Shown here: one piece after another, positions 12,480 to 26,229 of the stretch
Layout: the number at the start of each line of letters is the position of its first letter
How positions within the stretch are numbered: position 1 is the stretch's first letter
DNA from: Octopus sinensis
Taxonomy: Eukaryota
Assembly: GCF_006345805.1 (NCBI RefSeq)
Contig: NC_042998.1
Span: 78,554,001 to 78,618,000, forward strand
Direction of reading: 5' to 3'
Length of the DNA stretch: 64,000 bases
Notes under the pieces: generated by a model
What the model was told of the DNA's origin: nothing
The model's database searches: none
What the model saw: the letters and a program-made list of their open reading frames with translations, nothing else
Made by a program: the position numbers and the translations under genes

Positions 12480-13690
12480 TACATCACTAATGGATGTGTT
12501 CGGAACTAACTGACAAGACTTACGTGTTAATCTGTTAGCGACTCTGAACTCTCATAGGTCCTTCTGCTCAGATCAGATTCGTAGCCAAGCTATCACTCAT
12601 AGTAAGGTTTGATTAATCTGAGAAGGGCTCATATTTTTATTTTTGAACTGTTTTATTATTACATCATTAACTGATATCTAGAAACACTAGAAGAAATGCA
12701 GTGAACTTGCCAGGGATGTCTAGCCACCCATATTTTCTCCTTGTCTAGAAGTATGCCTCAGAAGCTATGATTATGTTTTTCCTTATGAGATCACCAGCAA
12801 GACATTTCAGAAGTTGGTGTGTTGTAAGCACCAAGTCGACTGGATTACGGGCGGTCCTCTCCAAAACCGTACAGGCTCTTAGGCAAAAGATCATATTCAA
12901 AATATAAATTAGCTTGTTCAATATTACTCGGGAGAGGATCTACCTAGCAATTAACGGCATAGGTATATTCTAGTAGTTGCCACAGCACTGACGGTTTCCG
13001 TTGTTCTTGTAAAGATGGACTATTGGGATGACCCTGAACTTCTATAGAAACCTGGCTCTCTATTGAGAGAAGCGCTCGGTTTGCTTTGAGACAAAATGGG
13101 GATCGTCACTCTTGTAGATCTCGGTTGCACTGGCGTCATGTTAAGTGGGTCTAGTTATTGGATGACCTCATCTTTGTTAGGAAGTTCAGCAAGTGACATG
13201 TTGATCCTTGCTTGTGGCAAGCGACCTTTTTCTGCCCCTTTCACGGCAGGGAGGTGGTTCAGGATACTGGGGAAATGCTTCGCCCATATTTCAAAGGCGA
13301 TGTCAATAGTGTGGGTCCGTCTGTTCTTAGCATGGTGGATGAGTCAGAAGCTCTGAAATAGTTGTAGAAGCGTCACGAGTTATATGCATGTCACTGAATC
13401 TCATTTGTCGCAACTTGGCCTGACCAGTCGAGCATACCACGATAAAAACATCTTTTTTTTTTAAAATTTGGGATGCGTTTACAGTCTGGTGAGCTCTCAA
13501 AAGGAACTGCTTCTGATCCAAGAGAGTAATTCCATCGACCCAGCATTCGCGTGCGTATTCAGTGAAAAGGTTGAAGCTTTCAAGTTTTTTCTCCACCAGG
13601 TTGTCACAAAGTCTCTTTGAAAGACAAAGAAAACCACTTGGAGACGTTCAGGTTCTTCAATGTTTTCCCCAAGGCCACTCTATAGGTTAG
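12480..13690 (-). mobile_element. Decayed RTE-clade LINE (linker and RT N-terminal half)
   Basis: Minus-strand fragments WAKHFPSILNHLPAVKG, IVHLYKNNGNRQCCGNY, ILSRVILNKL and LLPKSLYGF resemble RTE RT motifs (IVHLYKRKGNRxxCDNHRG, LLPESQCGFR); many stops and frameshifts. Confidence 0.8.
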
Positions 13691-13953
13691 TGGCTGGTAA
13701 TTATATAATCTCTGCATCTAAATATATGTTCCTTATATATTTGTGTATGTGTGACATATGTATGCTCACACATACATATAAAATATATGTGTATTATATG
13801 TGTATGTGTGTGTGAAAATAAACAGTATATATGCATGTGTATGTAAATGCTTGAATACATAGCTATATGTTTAAGAACTTCGCTCGTCGACCACATCGGG
13901 CATGTCGTGTACGATAGTCTTACATTGACCATTTGTCTCTGTTTGTCTGTCTG

Positions 13954-14010
<57 letters not shown>

Positions 14011-14054
14011 TTATGTATCTATCTATCTATCTATTTCTGTATGTATGAATGTGT

Positions 14055-14265
14055 ATTCTTTTATTCTTTTACTTATTTCAGTCATTTGACTGTGGCCATG
14101 CTGCAGCACCGCCTTTAGTCGAGCAAATCGACCCTAGGACTTATTCTTTGTAATCCTAGTACTTGTTCTATTGGTCTCTTTTGCTGAACCACTAAGTTAC
14201 GGGGACATAAACACACCAGCATCGGTTCTCAATTGATGTTGGAGGGCGGGACAAACACAAACGTA
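14055..14265 (-). mobile_element. SINE family A, 3' half
   Basis: TTCAGTCATTTGACTGTGGCCATGCTGCAGCACCGCCTTTAGTCGAGCAAATCGACC is near-identical to 870-1050. Further A-type pieces lie at about 7915-7990, 20545-20850, 37345-38100 and 44085-44205 (-), and 4900-5040 and 25685-25840 (+). Confidence 0.85.
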
Positions 14266-14299
14266 TCTACACAAACACACACACACACATATATATGTG

Positions 14300-14331
<32 letters not shown>

Positions 14332-14338
14332 TATATAG

Positions 14339-14379
<41 letters not shown>

Positions 14380-14861
14380 ATGTATATTAATGAATTTATG
14401 TAGCTTGTGTATGTTTAGGTGTTTATGTATGTAAGCAGGTGTCTTTCCGACTTTGAATTTGTCTGGAACTGCTTGAAAGGCTGGTGTTTGTTTGTTTACA
14501 TTCTCACGAGCTGAGAAGATCGGCGAAATCAACTGGCGAAATAGACACCATACCGAAAATATCGACTAGGGTCAACTGCATCGAATAAAATTTTCAAGTC
14601 AGTGATACATTGTGGTGGCAGTCTCAAGGCTAAAACGTCTACAAAGATAATAGCTTCTGTTTATATGTATGTGTGTGTATGTGTATACAAACACTCGAAC
14701 ATGCACGCACGCGCGCACTTATGATATGCTCATATATATATATATATATAATATATATAGGTAGAGAAGGGTGTGTGCTTGTGTGTATATATATATATAT
14801 ATATATGTACATATATGTATATTTACACATGTATATATATGTATATATAAGTTAATATAAG

Positions 14862-14901
<40 letters not shown>

Positions 14902-15380
14902 TGTATATGAAGTATACATACGCGCGAACACACACGTATATATACGTACATTTATACTTGCATGCATATATAAATACCTCTATATCTATCTTGGTATATA
15001 TGTGTGTGTGAGGCCTATAAATTTTTATACCTATGTATGTGCATATATATGTGTCTAAGTTTATGTTGATTTATATACATGTACATAGTGTGTGTGTATA
15101 TGCATATATATATATAAATATAATCCATATTTACACACACATACACACATATAGTTGCATCTTAGTTATGTGTGTAGGGTGTGTGCGTATTTTCGCATAC
15201 TCAGACATCCAACTCTATTCTCCTTTTTGACATCTCATAGAACAGCATTCCACCCTCTAGATTATGGCCTTTCAAATTCCCTCGCCTGCTTTCTTTCAAA
15301 ATATTTATAAATATTATTATTATTTTTTTTTCCCACATATACACTGATTCCGTTTTATCACTCTTTCCCTCTCATTTTCT

Positions 15381-15411
15381 AACTGAAGACGGACTCTTGT
15401 CCGAAACGTTT
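15381..15411 (+). ncRNA. Minimal hammerhead-ribozyme-like motif (stem I imperfect)
   Basis: CTGAAGA-C-GGAC-TCTT-GTCC-GAAAC-GT: CUGANGA core, 4-bp stem II with tetraloop, GAAA, palindromic ACGU. Stem I pairing is poor. Confidence 0.45.
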
Positions 15412-15464
15412 ATGTATTTCATTTAATACTGTATTTGTATATCATATATATGTACATATATATT

Positions 15465-15514
<50 letters not shown>

Positions 15515-15592
15515 ATATACTTCAAAATGTAACCACATGTGAATCGTTGGCGATTTTCTTCCTCCGTCTTCCTTTCTACTGGACTTTCCTCT

Positions 15593-15628
15593 GTTTCTGA
15601 CGAAAAGCATCTGCTCGAAACGTTAAAC
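15593..15628 (+). ncRNA. Minimal type I hammerhead-ribozyme-like motif in a Penelope-type repeat
   Basis: GTTT-CTGACGA-A-AAGCA-TC-TGCTC-GAAAC-GT-T-AAAC: stem I GTTT/AAAC, CUGANGA and GAAA core, palindromic ACGU stem III. The stem II closing pair is A.C instead of G-C and position 17 is U. Confidence 0.6.
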
Positions 15629-15798
15629 CATCGTTCTTTTCTTCCCTGAGCGTCTGCTGTTACTTTACGTGTACCATGTCCTCGCGTTGTTGCTTTTTGT
15701 GTTTGTTCATCTTCTTTTGGGGGATTTACTATATTTAAAATAAATCTCTGTTTATATTTACGTATGTGTACACACACATAAACCTGTTTATATATACG

Positions 15799-15833
<35 letters not shown>

Positions 15834-16394
15834 TTATGCTTATGCATACGTACATGTATACATACATACATATAGGTAGATGAAAGTAAGCCATGTTTAT
15901 GTATATATACGCATTTGTCGCTTTTATATATATATATATGCATACATACATATGTTTATATTTATATATGCACATACGTTTAGTCATATATAGCTAAATG
16001 TGTATATTTAATGTATGTATATATGTAATCACACACACACACACACTTAACATCACAGATACACACGTATACGTATGCTATTACGTGTCTTAACGAAAAT
16101 ATTAAAGTGACGGCAACGACCCTGACCCATTTCAGTAACTCCATGTCTAGCTGGATGACGAGAGGATGTTACCCTCAGATCTGATACCCGATCCGAATTC
16201 TTCCAGCCCGCGAATGGCTCAATATTTTATGCCGTTAAGTCGAGAAATGAATCAAGCCAACTACTCTCGAGGCTTTTGGTTTACTTGTTGAAAAAATTCT
16301 ATGAGCATAGTGGAATAGAACTTAAAAATCATGTAATCAGAAGTTACCTTCTTAACCACACACTTTCGCGTGTACCTATAATATAATACATACA

Positions 16395-16430
<36 letters not shown>

Positions 16431-16728
16431 TGTATGATGGTGGATCTTCGTCGGTTCTCGATGAGGATTGAGTTGTTCAAGGAACCGAATTATCTGCTCT
16501 TGAATTAACGTGTAAGTAGCTGAGCATTCTGCAGACACGTGCACCCTTCACATAATTCGAAGATAGAATCAGCTTGATTTAGTGTGTGACAAAGTTCTAT
16601 CTTTTGAACAGAAGGATAAGTCGACTCGACGGGATTCGATACAGTTTCCGTCAACCCCAGTTTGACTTACGATGTATGGGTTGACACGAGGCTATAGAAA
16701 ATGACATGTACCCATATGTATGTATGTA

Positions 16729-16767
<39 letters not shown>

Positions 16768-17022
16768 ACTTATATATTCTCACATATAGACATACTCTTA
16801 TACACATATAAACTTACACACTCGCACAGACGTTCATGTACAAACACATACAATGTACGAATGTGCATACATGCGGACACACATACACTCACTCGCATAT
16901 ACGCACGCACGGACGCAAACATATTCACTATATATATATATATACATATATGTAATTTTATTGCATACTGAATAAAGAAAAGAATCAATATCTATTGAAG
17001 TGATTCATATATTCATTTATAT

Positions 17023-17069
<47 letters not shown>

Positions 17070-18533
17070 GACTTCGAGTTTTTGCCAGTGGTTGAAACTT
17101 ACGGTCAACAATGCACACATGCAGGTTTGTATATGTCTGTTTGTATTTATGTATATATGTATGTATGTATGTATATATGTATGTATATATAACGTGTGTA
17201 TACACACATACATCCATATACTCACACATAAGACGCACTTATACTCTCAGTTGTACACGGCTTCCGCCTTTTCCTCACCCGTAAACATTGAGATATTAAC
17301 GTTTTGCTAAGAAGGAAGTGCAGAAGACTGGTGCACGCATTCACATGTGCACTTTTAAGCTACCTTGGTGGTGGTGTTTTCTGCACTGTAATGCTAGCTG
17401 CACCATTAGTGGAATACACGTTGACTGCTGCTGTTGCAGCACTTTGTTGTTCAACTATCACTCTCTCTTTTTCTATGGCCGTCTTTCTCTGTGCCTGTCT
17501 GTCGCTCTCTTTCCTTCTCCCACTCTTTCTCATTCCTTCGCCCACTCCGTCTGTCTGTCACTCTCGCTCTCTGTATGTATGTGTATACACACACACACAC
17601 ACATACACACACACATATATTGTTTATATGTACCTGTATTTCTGTTTAACTTCGTCTCTTCATCCTTTTACTCTCTCTTTGTCTCTCTCCTATTATTTGG
17701 TTTTGTTTGTTGTTGTTGTTTTTTTTTTTTTGTCTATCCGCGGGTGCATCAGTCTTGGCAAGGCATACTAGAAATAGTAGTCTGATGCCTCTCAAATCAC
17801 ACCCTACTGCCTTCAAAAAAGAGGACAGATGGATAACGTGATTTTAGGTATATACTATTTTATTTGATAATGATGTAATGGCTGGGTATTTCCATCTATT
17901 TATGCATTTTGCTATCTAAATACGTTCAAATGTGCGTGTATTTATGATATCTGCTAACTAGATGTGTTGTTTGTGCCTATAGGATCTATATAAATGTCTA
18001 TGTTGTGCTTTTCTATTTTATTTTTGCCATGAAAACGCATAAACGTACACGTACCCTACACAGACTCACATACAAGCGTAATACAAAGTACGATCATCTC
18101 TCGTATTTTATGCATACACATCATACTCACACACATCTCACATGTACACACATGCACACACACACAAACTCGCGCGCACATACACACATTCGCGTACATA
18201 CTCGTACATACTCGTACATATATTATAGAGTTAGGGTGTATAATACGTGTATGTTGGCTTATGGTGTACATCTGTCGCATGTCATTAACATGCAAATACC
18301 GTGTTGTCCAAAATGTCCGTCGGGTTTACAAATAGAAGGCACACGTTTAAATACTGGTTCACTGATGGAAAAAAACTTTGTATATATTAGTTTGCTTTAG
18401 TGTCTAGATGTTCAATTATGTATTTCTGCATATATGAAGCTGTGTAGGCTTGATACAAGAATAATTACGCACACACAAACACACACAGACATACAAACAT
18501 TATATATATATGTATATATCACCGTGATCACCC

Positions 18534-18564
<31 letters not shown>

Positions 18565-18993
18565 CGTTTATTTTTTCATTCATATATACTCAGTAAGATA
18601 TGCAATATGCATACACTCAGCATTTAAATACACGTTTCATGGGTAGTCACATGTTTGTGTGTAAATGTGTGTGTGTGTGTCTGTGTATGTATGTGTGTAA
18701 GAGAGTATGTATGTTTCTGTCTTAGAACTATTACACTCTCTCTATTTTTCTCATTCCCCCCTAGTATCGGATGCGTACAAATAATGAAATGTGTACTTGT
18801 GTACTATTCATATACATGATGTACATATGTGGTCATCTATTGAGATTTCAACGTTTATACACTTGATACACATACTGCCTTACAGTATGTGCTTCAAGAT
18901 ATTCCGTGTACATAGTGTGTATAGTGTCAAATATACATGAATGTACGTTTAGTGATCTACTGAGATGTTTTATGCTCTCTCTCTCTCTCTCTC

Positions 18994-19024
<31 letters not shown>

Positions 19025-19027
<3 letters not shown>

Positions 19028-19186
19028 ACTGTCTATCTATCTATTTATCTATCTATCGATCTATCTATCTATCCTTCTATCGATCTATCTATCTATCCTT
19101 CTATCTATCCATCTATCTATCTATCCTTCTATCTATCCATCTATCTATCCGTCCATCCATCCATCTATCTATCCGTCCATCCATCC

Positions 19187-19255
<69 letters not shown>

Positions 19256-19260
19256 CCCAT
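19025..19260. repeat. (ATCT)n/(ATCC)n tetranucleotide array
   Basis: Direct reading; explains the YLSI-rich ORFs at 18906-19330. Confidence 0.95.
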
Positions 19261-20243
19261 CCACCCACCTACTCCTGTCTCTCTTTTTCTTATAGACATT
19301 ATATACACTTATTTATGCATACATTCATAAAGATAATATTGTTTGTGGATATATATCCTTCGAGTAAATGGCGTGTACAGTCAAATGTGCATATTTCTTT
19401 CTTCCTCTCCCTCCCTCCCGCCTCTCTCTCTCTCTCTCTTTCGATATTCCAGAAATTACAGCGATATCGGTCTCAAAACACACACTTAATTAAAACTTGA
19501 AACAAGATAAACTAGTCCTGGATTTTGAAGTAGAAGTAAAAAGCCTTTAAACATATGTGTTGCTGAATAAAAGATAGGCTAATGTTAAACAATAACTTAT
19601 ACACGTATGCAGTCTGTTTTTGTCCGCACATCTATATATATAAAGTACCACCTTTCTCATAAATAAAAAAAGACTTCTAACACATAGTTCTATATATATA
19701 TATATATATACTCGAGTACGTACGAGTGTGTAGAAGTTCACTTGTGCAACCCAACATTAGTCGCGTACATGTTTTAAGCATTGTATATAAATCGTCACAT
19801 GTTTTTGTACACGTATACATGTATATGTATGGTATTGTAGAATGGGTGGGAATAGTATACGTTGTGTGCTATTTAACTAGGACTCTGTTAACATTAACTA
19901 GGTCTTTGTTAGTATACTACTACTACTACTACCACCACTACTATTACTACTACTACTGCTGCTACTACTACTCTCTTTATCTCTCGCTCCGTGTGTATAT
20001 GTATATATTTATATATGCATATAGGCAGACAGACACATGCGTACATAATATGTATGTGCGCGCGCGCTTTTTTGTTCGTATATGTAGAAGTATTTTATGC
20101 GTTTATACATATTCAATAGTAATATCATTGTACACTGTTCGAATACACGTGAGAACCGGTAAAAATATATACGTACTCCCTGTGATCATGTACATACATA
20201 CGTATTTACATACATATATGTACACACACATACACAAATACAC

Positions 20244-20294
<51 letters not shown>

Positions 20295-20353
20295 CGGCAA
20301 CGAGAAACTCAGAGTAACAGATTTTGTTGAATTTTCTGCTGCTTAAAATAAAG

Positions 20354-20385
<32 letters not shown>

Positions 20386-20445
20386 TACACACATACACAC
20401 ACACATACACACATACACACATACATACATACATACATACATACA

Positions 20446-20479
<34 letters not shown>

Positions 20480-20508
20480 CATACGTACATACATACACAT
20501 ACACACAC

Positions 20509-20544
<36 letters not shown>

Positions 20545-21724
20545 TTCAGCCGTTGCATTGTGGTTATCGCGGGGCATCGCCTTGAGTTTTAGTCGAACGA
20601 ATCGACCCTAGTACTTATTTTCTAAGGCCTGGTGCTTATTCTTTGGTCAAACTGCTAAGTCACGGAAACGAAAACAAACCAGCACCGGTTGTTAAGTAAT
20701 GATGGAGGACAAACGCAAACAGTTTCAACACGTAGGTGTATACACATATATATATATATATATATATGGCAGGTTTCTTTCAGCTTCCGTCTAGCAAATC
20801 CACTCACAAGCCTTTGGTCGGCCCGGGGCTATAATAGAAACCACTTGGGCATCCACCTTAGCACAGGAAACAGTGATGAACTGCCAAAATACACAGAACA
20901 CGAGATCGTGTCAAGTGCAGTTTACAAAAGGCACGAATACATTCGCAATTTGTGTTCCCTCGTACAGTTGTTTTGCATGACAATACAAGCCCCATATTCA
21001 GTAACGAACTCAATATATTTCGAAACGTGAAGTTGATTTTCATTTGTGTATAGGATCTGCGCTCGTATAAGAATAAATTTGAAACGCCTCGACAAACATT
21101 GAGCTTATATTCATACACAAACATAGGTCAATAAATAAATAAACGATTGCTTCATCTTGTCAGATGATAGCCGTCTCACATTGAGCCTGATCTGATTTAC
21201 TTTCATCTTTGTATGTGTGCTGTTATGACTTTACACGTCACCACACACCGTCGCCAAGGGACTATCAAATATGTAAAATAAACCTAGAAATAATATGATT
21301 GTGACACACCTGACAAAAGCTTGTACAACACTTTCTCTATTTTATCAGTCGTCAGAGTAGGTCCCAGTGACAAGCATTGTATGGTGACTGGTACTATTTT
21401 GACTGCAAAATGTCAGAGTCACTTTCCTATACTAGTTGCGTTCCCTACAGCCTTATTTAAAAAGAATGGGAACTTCTTCTACCCCCGAGAAATCTATTTA
21501 ACCCTTAATTGTTAACCTGACAATTACTACCGTTCTGGATCAGAACGGACCTAGGTAATGATAACTAAAGGGTTACACCACTCTCCTTACTCTCCAGGAC
21601 TCCCACAATGAAGACTCTCCGTCGGATGAATTTTAATGTCATACTCTGTAAATGCATACATACATATACTTACATATACATACATACATACATACATATA
21701 CTTACATATACATACATATGCATA

Positions 21725-22115
21725 CATACATATTCCGATTCGCTTCCATACCACATGGTTCCGGGTTTAGTCCCACTGCAAGGTACCTTAGGCAAGTGTC
21801 TTCTTCTGTAGCCTCGGGCCGACCAAAGCTTTGCGAATGGATTTGGTAGATGGAAACTGAACGAAGCCCGTCAAATGTATCTACGTGTGTATGTCTTTGT
21901 GTCTGTGTTTATCCCCATCACCGCTTCCACCGCTTGACAACCGGTGTTAGTATGTTTACCGTTACCTAGCGGTTCGGCAAAACAAAGTGATGGAATAAAT
22001 ATCAGGCTTATATATAAAACAACATGTACTGGGGTCGATTATTTCGACTAAAAAAAGAAAAATATTCAAGGTAGTTCTCCAGCATTTCCGCAGTCTAATG
22101 ACTGAAACAGACAAA
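21725..22115 (+). mobile_element. SINE family A-related, near full length
   Basis: CACATGGTTCCGGGTTTAGTCCCACTGC...GATTTGGTAGATGGAAACTGA...CAGCATTTCCGCAGTCTAATGACTGAAAC. Confidence 0.8.
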
Positions 22116-22273
22116 AGATAAGTATTTGATTAGGCGACTGTATTGGTCACCTAATTGATCGTGTAATCGTGAAACTTGAAGTAGCAGCTAACGGCATCAC
22201 TTGAATATAGTTTTACTGTACACCATATATCTTGTACTTAGTTGTCTTGTTCGTTGTAAATGATGTATGTATG

Positions 22274-22334
<61 letters not shown>

Positions 22335-22479
22335 CTACCTATCTATGTATCTATCTATCTGCATTTACATATATAGTCACATACGCGCGCGCGCGCGCAC
22401 ACACATATATATATACACAAAAATACATGCATATGTATGCATGCTTGTATATGCGTATGTGTATATATAAGTGAGTTTA

Positions 22480-22800
<321 letters not shown>

Positions 22801-23298
22801 ATATGTAAGTATAAGTGTGTGTGTATGTATAGGTATGCATATGTACATATATTCATAAACTTTTGTTGTTTCTGTGTGAAAATGCAACGTTCAATACACA
22901 CCTGTATAAGAAGTGTGAGGAGTCTATTATAATTGCTCCCTGCAAAACGGGGTTTATTATCTCATACCCTAAGGGATTTTCTGCTGTGAGTCGGTGACTC
23001 TGTTACCACCTGTGAGATGTGCCTATGAGATACTTTAACAATACGATGTGATAAATTTTCAAAATTTATTACTTTTACATAACAGTACAGTATTAAAGGT
23101 GTTTCTCTTAAATAACACATTATTAAAGGTGCTTTGCTTCATTACGAGGTCAACTCTGATGGAACAAAATTATGATTGAACGTATTCCCAGAGTGATTAT
23201 CCGGTAATTTTAGCCTACATCGGAAATCCAGAAACACTTCCAATGTGTCATTTCCTAAGTTGAGGTGTGGTGATTTGGACGAGCAGCCACTCTTATAC

Positions 23299-23329
<31 letters not shown>

Positions 23330-23679
23330 CATATATATATATATTAAAACATTGACCTTATGCACCCGGTCTTTTTCTGCACTGTTGCATGCTTTTTTTT
23401 ACATAGTTTCTATTCCTTTATTTGTTCCTTTCATTCTTGTGCACATATTTTAGCAGATGCAGGATACTAACGTTCGTATTTATACGTGTGTGGGCGTGTG
23501 TATATATGTGTATGCATGCATGTATGTATGTATGTATGTATGTATGTATGTATGTATGTATGTATGTATGTATGGATGGATGTATGGATGGATGGATGGA
23601 TGGATGGATGTATGTGTGCATGTATCAATACACACACGCGCGCACACACACACACATATATATATATATTACATAAACA

Positions 23680-23965
23680 GGGGTGACTGTGTGGTAAGAA
23701 GCTTCTTTCTCAGCCACATGGTTCCGGGTTCTATCCCATTGCGTGGCACCTTGGGCAGGTGTCTTCTGTTGTAGCTTCTGGCCGACCAAAGGGTAGATTT
23801 GGTAGGCGGAAACTGAAAAAAGCCCTATACATATCGCTTGACAACCGATGCTGGTGTGTTTACGTCCTTGTAACTTAGTGGTTCGGCAAAAAAGACCGAT
23901 AGAATAAGTACTAGGCTTACAAAGAATAAGTCATGGGGTCGATTCGTTCAGCTAAAGGCTGATAC
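23680..23965 (+). mobile_element. SINE family A-related
   Basis: GGGTGACTGTGTGGTAAGAAGCTT...CACATGGTTCCGGGTTC...GATAGAATAAGTACTAGGCTTACAAAGAATAAGTC. Confidence 0.8.
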
Positions 23966-23999
23966 AAGTAAAGAAGTAAAAGAGCAATCTATGGAGTTG

Positions 24000-24872
24000 T
24001 CTTTAAGTCATGTTTTTGGGACTCCATAGCCCATTCGAGGAGAGTGTTATTTGCCTTGATGTATCTGGATGTAGGTGGTTTTTTCTGGTATTTCTTGGAG
24101 GAATTTCGTCAGAAACCAACTGAGTGTTATGGAATATTTTTCTTTTCTGACTTCTTTCTGATTAATTCTGAAGAAAATAGGATGTCAGTATCAGGATCTC
24201 TTGACTGCAAAGTTCTAAGGATTCATGAACAAATTCTGTGTATCACATCGACGTTTATGTCGACGTCTGTGAATTCCAGCTTAGGTTGTTCTCCACTGTT
24301 ACATTTCAGTCTCTGATATCAGCGGACGCTGTGATAAGCACTCCTGAAGGACGAGAATATGGCTTTAAACATATACTCTTCTCTGAACTGAATGAGCCCC
24401 AATTGTTCCTCGTTTACCAGCACCATCGTTCGGAACATATGTAGGTCGGATTGGAGTTCCGTTTAGTTGCATACACTTTTGAGGACCTTATGAAGCTTTG
24501 AGTCATCTGCAAAGATTGTTATTTTAATGTTTGGTGACATTTGCAATGCCATTCATGTAAATAACATTATGGGTTCGATACTGTATCCAAGAGATACTGT
24601 AATTGACATACACTAGTCTCAGTAAATTCCGTGATGGGTTCTGTTTGTCAGGAAACTTTTAATCCGCTGCAGTAACTTTCCACGAACTCCAATGTTCGAT
24701 GTTTGCTTCAGCAGAAGCTCGATCCGTCGAATGCTTTTCTGAAGTCAAGATAAATGGCATATGGGTCGGAACCCTCTCTCACGGTAGATGTAATGCCATC
24801 AAAGTTGTACATAATGTGTGTTAGGCAGCTTCTGCCTCCACGAAAACCAGGTTGGCTAGTATCTAGATGATT
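24000..24872 (-). mobile_element. Decayed CR1-type LINE (RT domain)
   Basis: Minus-strand QPGFRGGRSCLTHIMYNFDGITSTVREGSDPYAIYLDFRKAFD, IGVRGKLLQRIK and DIRD*NVTVENNLSWN match CR1 RT motifs. Confidence 0.85.
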
Positions 24873-24877
24873 TTTCC

Positions 24878-24910
<33 letters not shown>

Positions 24911-24912
<2 letters not shown>

Positions 24913-25632
24913 TTTCACTACTCGATGTAGGTCTCTCAAGCTTTGGGGGAGGATATTGAAGAGCTGTAGACCTTTGAAACCTAAGCTGTTGCAGTATTTG
25001 ATCTTGTAGCTTGATGGGATCTTTGGTCCCGTACAGTGGCGCCCCGTTCTTCTGTTTGTGTAATTTTCAATGCCAACGTTTAGTAGAAGTCCTACCAGAA
25101 TTTTCCTCTGCATATCTTTCCCGCCTTCGTTCTATTGAATAGTCTTAACTGTTTCGGCCTTCCCCAATGACCGCCTTTAATTTTACACTGTGCAATGACC
25201 ATAGTTGGGAGCAGTAATCTAAGCAGTTGAGGACAAATCTCCTCCAGAGGGCCATCATGGTTTCCTGTTCACCCGTTCTGAATGTTCCAAGGATCCATCC
25301 GGCCAGCAGTCTGCATTTTATCACCAACTTAGTAATTTGCACCTGTTAACCTGCATCATTACTCATGTCAGTGCCCAGGTCACACATTGGTTTTGAATCA
25401 AGGATTGCAATCTCCCCTGGGTCAGCGTACCTGTCCGCATTTCATTCAGCTTTGTGTGTTGGGAGCCCATTGAGTTGCTCGTTATTGTTTTCAGCCAACA
25501 TGCATATTGCATCTAACTCCTGTTGTAGGGGGCACAAAATCACTAGGGTTCTGCAACCTCTGTGAGACTTTTATATCGTCTGAATAGATAGCAAGGGTGG
25601 CTGAATAACTGACGATATGTCTGAGAGGGCCA
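24911..25632 (-). mobile_element. Decayed CR1-type LINE (RT C-terminal part)
   Basis: KCRLLAGWILGTFRTGEQETMMALWRRFVLNCLDYCSQLWS and RRTGRHC...CNSLGFKGLQLFNILPQSLRDLH are typical CR1 ORF2 C-terminal motifs. Confidence 0.85.
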
Positions 25633-26192
25633 CTGTGAATAGCAGTGTGTGTGTGTGCGTGTATACTCACACATACACACACAGCGTGGCTATGTGGTTT
25701 GCTTCTTAACTACATGGTTTCAGGTTCAGTTCCACTGCGTTGTACTTCGGGCAAGTGTCTTCTACTATAGCCCTCGGGCCGATCAAAGCCTTGTGAGTGG
25801 ATTTGGTAAATGGAAACTGAAAGAAGTCCATCATACATGTGTGTGCATGCGTGCGTGTGTGTATATGCACGTATTTTTTTTTTCTCATATCAATAATCGG
25901 TAGAAGTTACTGTGATTCATGGGCCGAGAGTTTCGTGCGTTAACCCATATATGTCTGTATGAGTGTATGTAAGAAAGAAAGAAAGAAAGGAAGAACGATT
26001 AAAAGAGAGAAAGTGAAAGAGAAAGAAAATAGTGCATGTGTTGTCAGCTAAATACGTCTTCCTTTTAACTAGGCTGCCATCTATGACTTGTTTGTTTATT
26101 TGTCGAGTCCTTTCGCTCATTTTCCGTCTATATCCCTCCCTCCGTCTATCTGTATGTCTGTCTGTCTGTCTCTGTCTCTGTCTCTCTCTCTG

Positions 26193-26229
<37 letters not shown>

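Noticed and set aside
14505-14535. CTGAGAAGATCGGCGAAATC as a hammerhead
   Set aside because: The core does not fit CUGANGA and there is no stem II.
24085-24120. Minus-strand GGTTTCTGACGAAATTCCTCCAAGAAATACC as a hammerhead
   Set aside because: No stem II or III; it lies in CR1 coding remnant and is likely chance.
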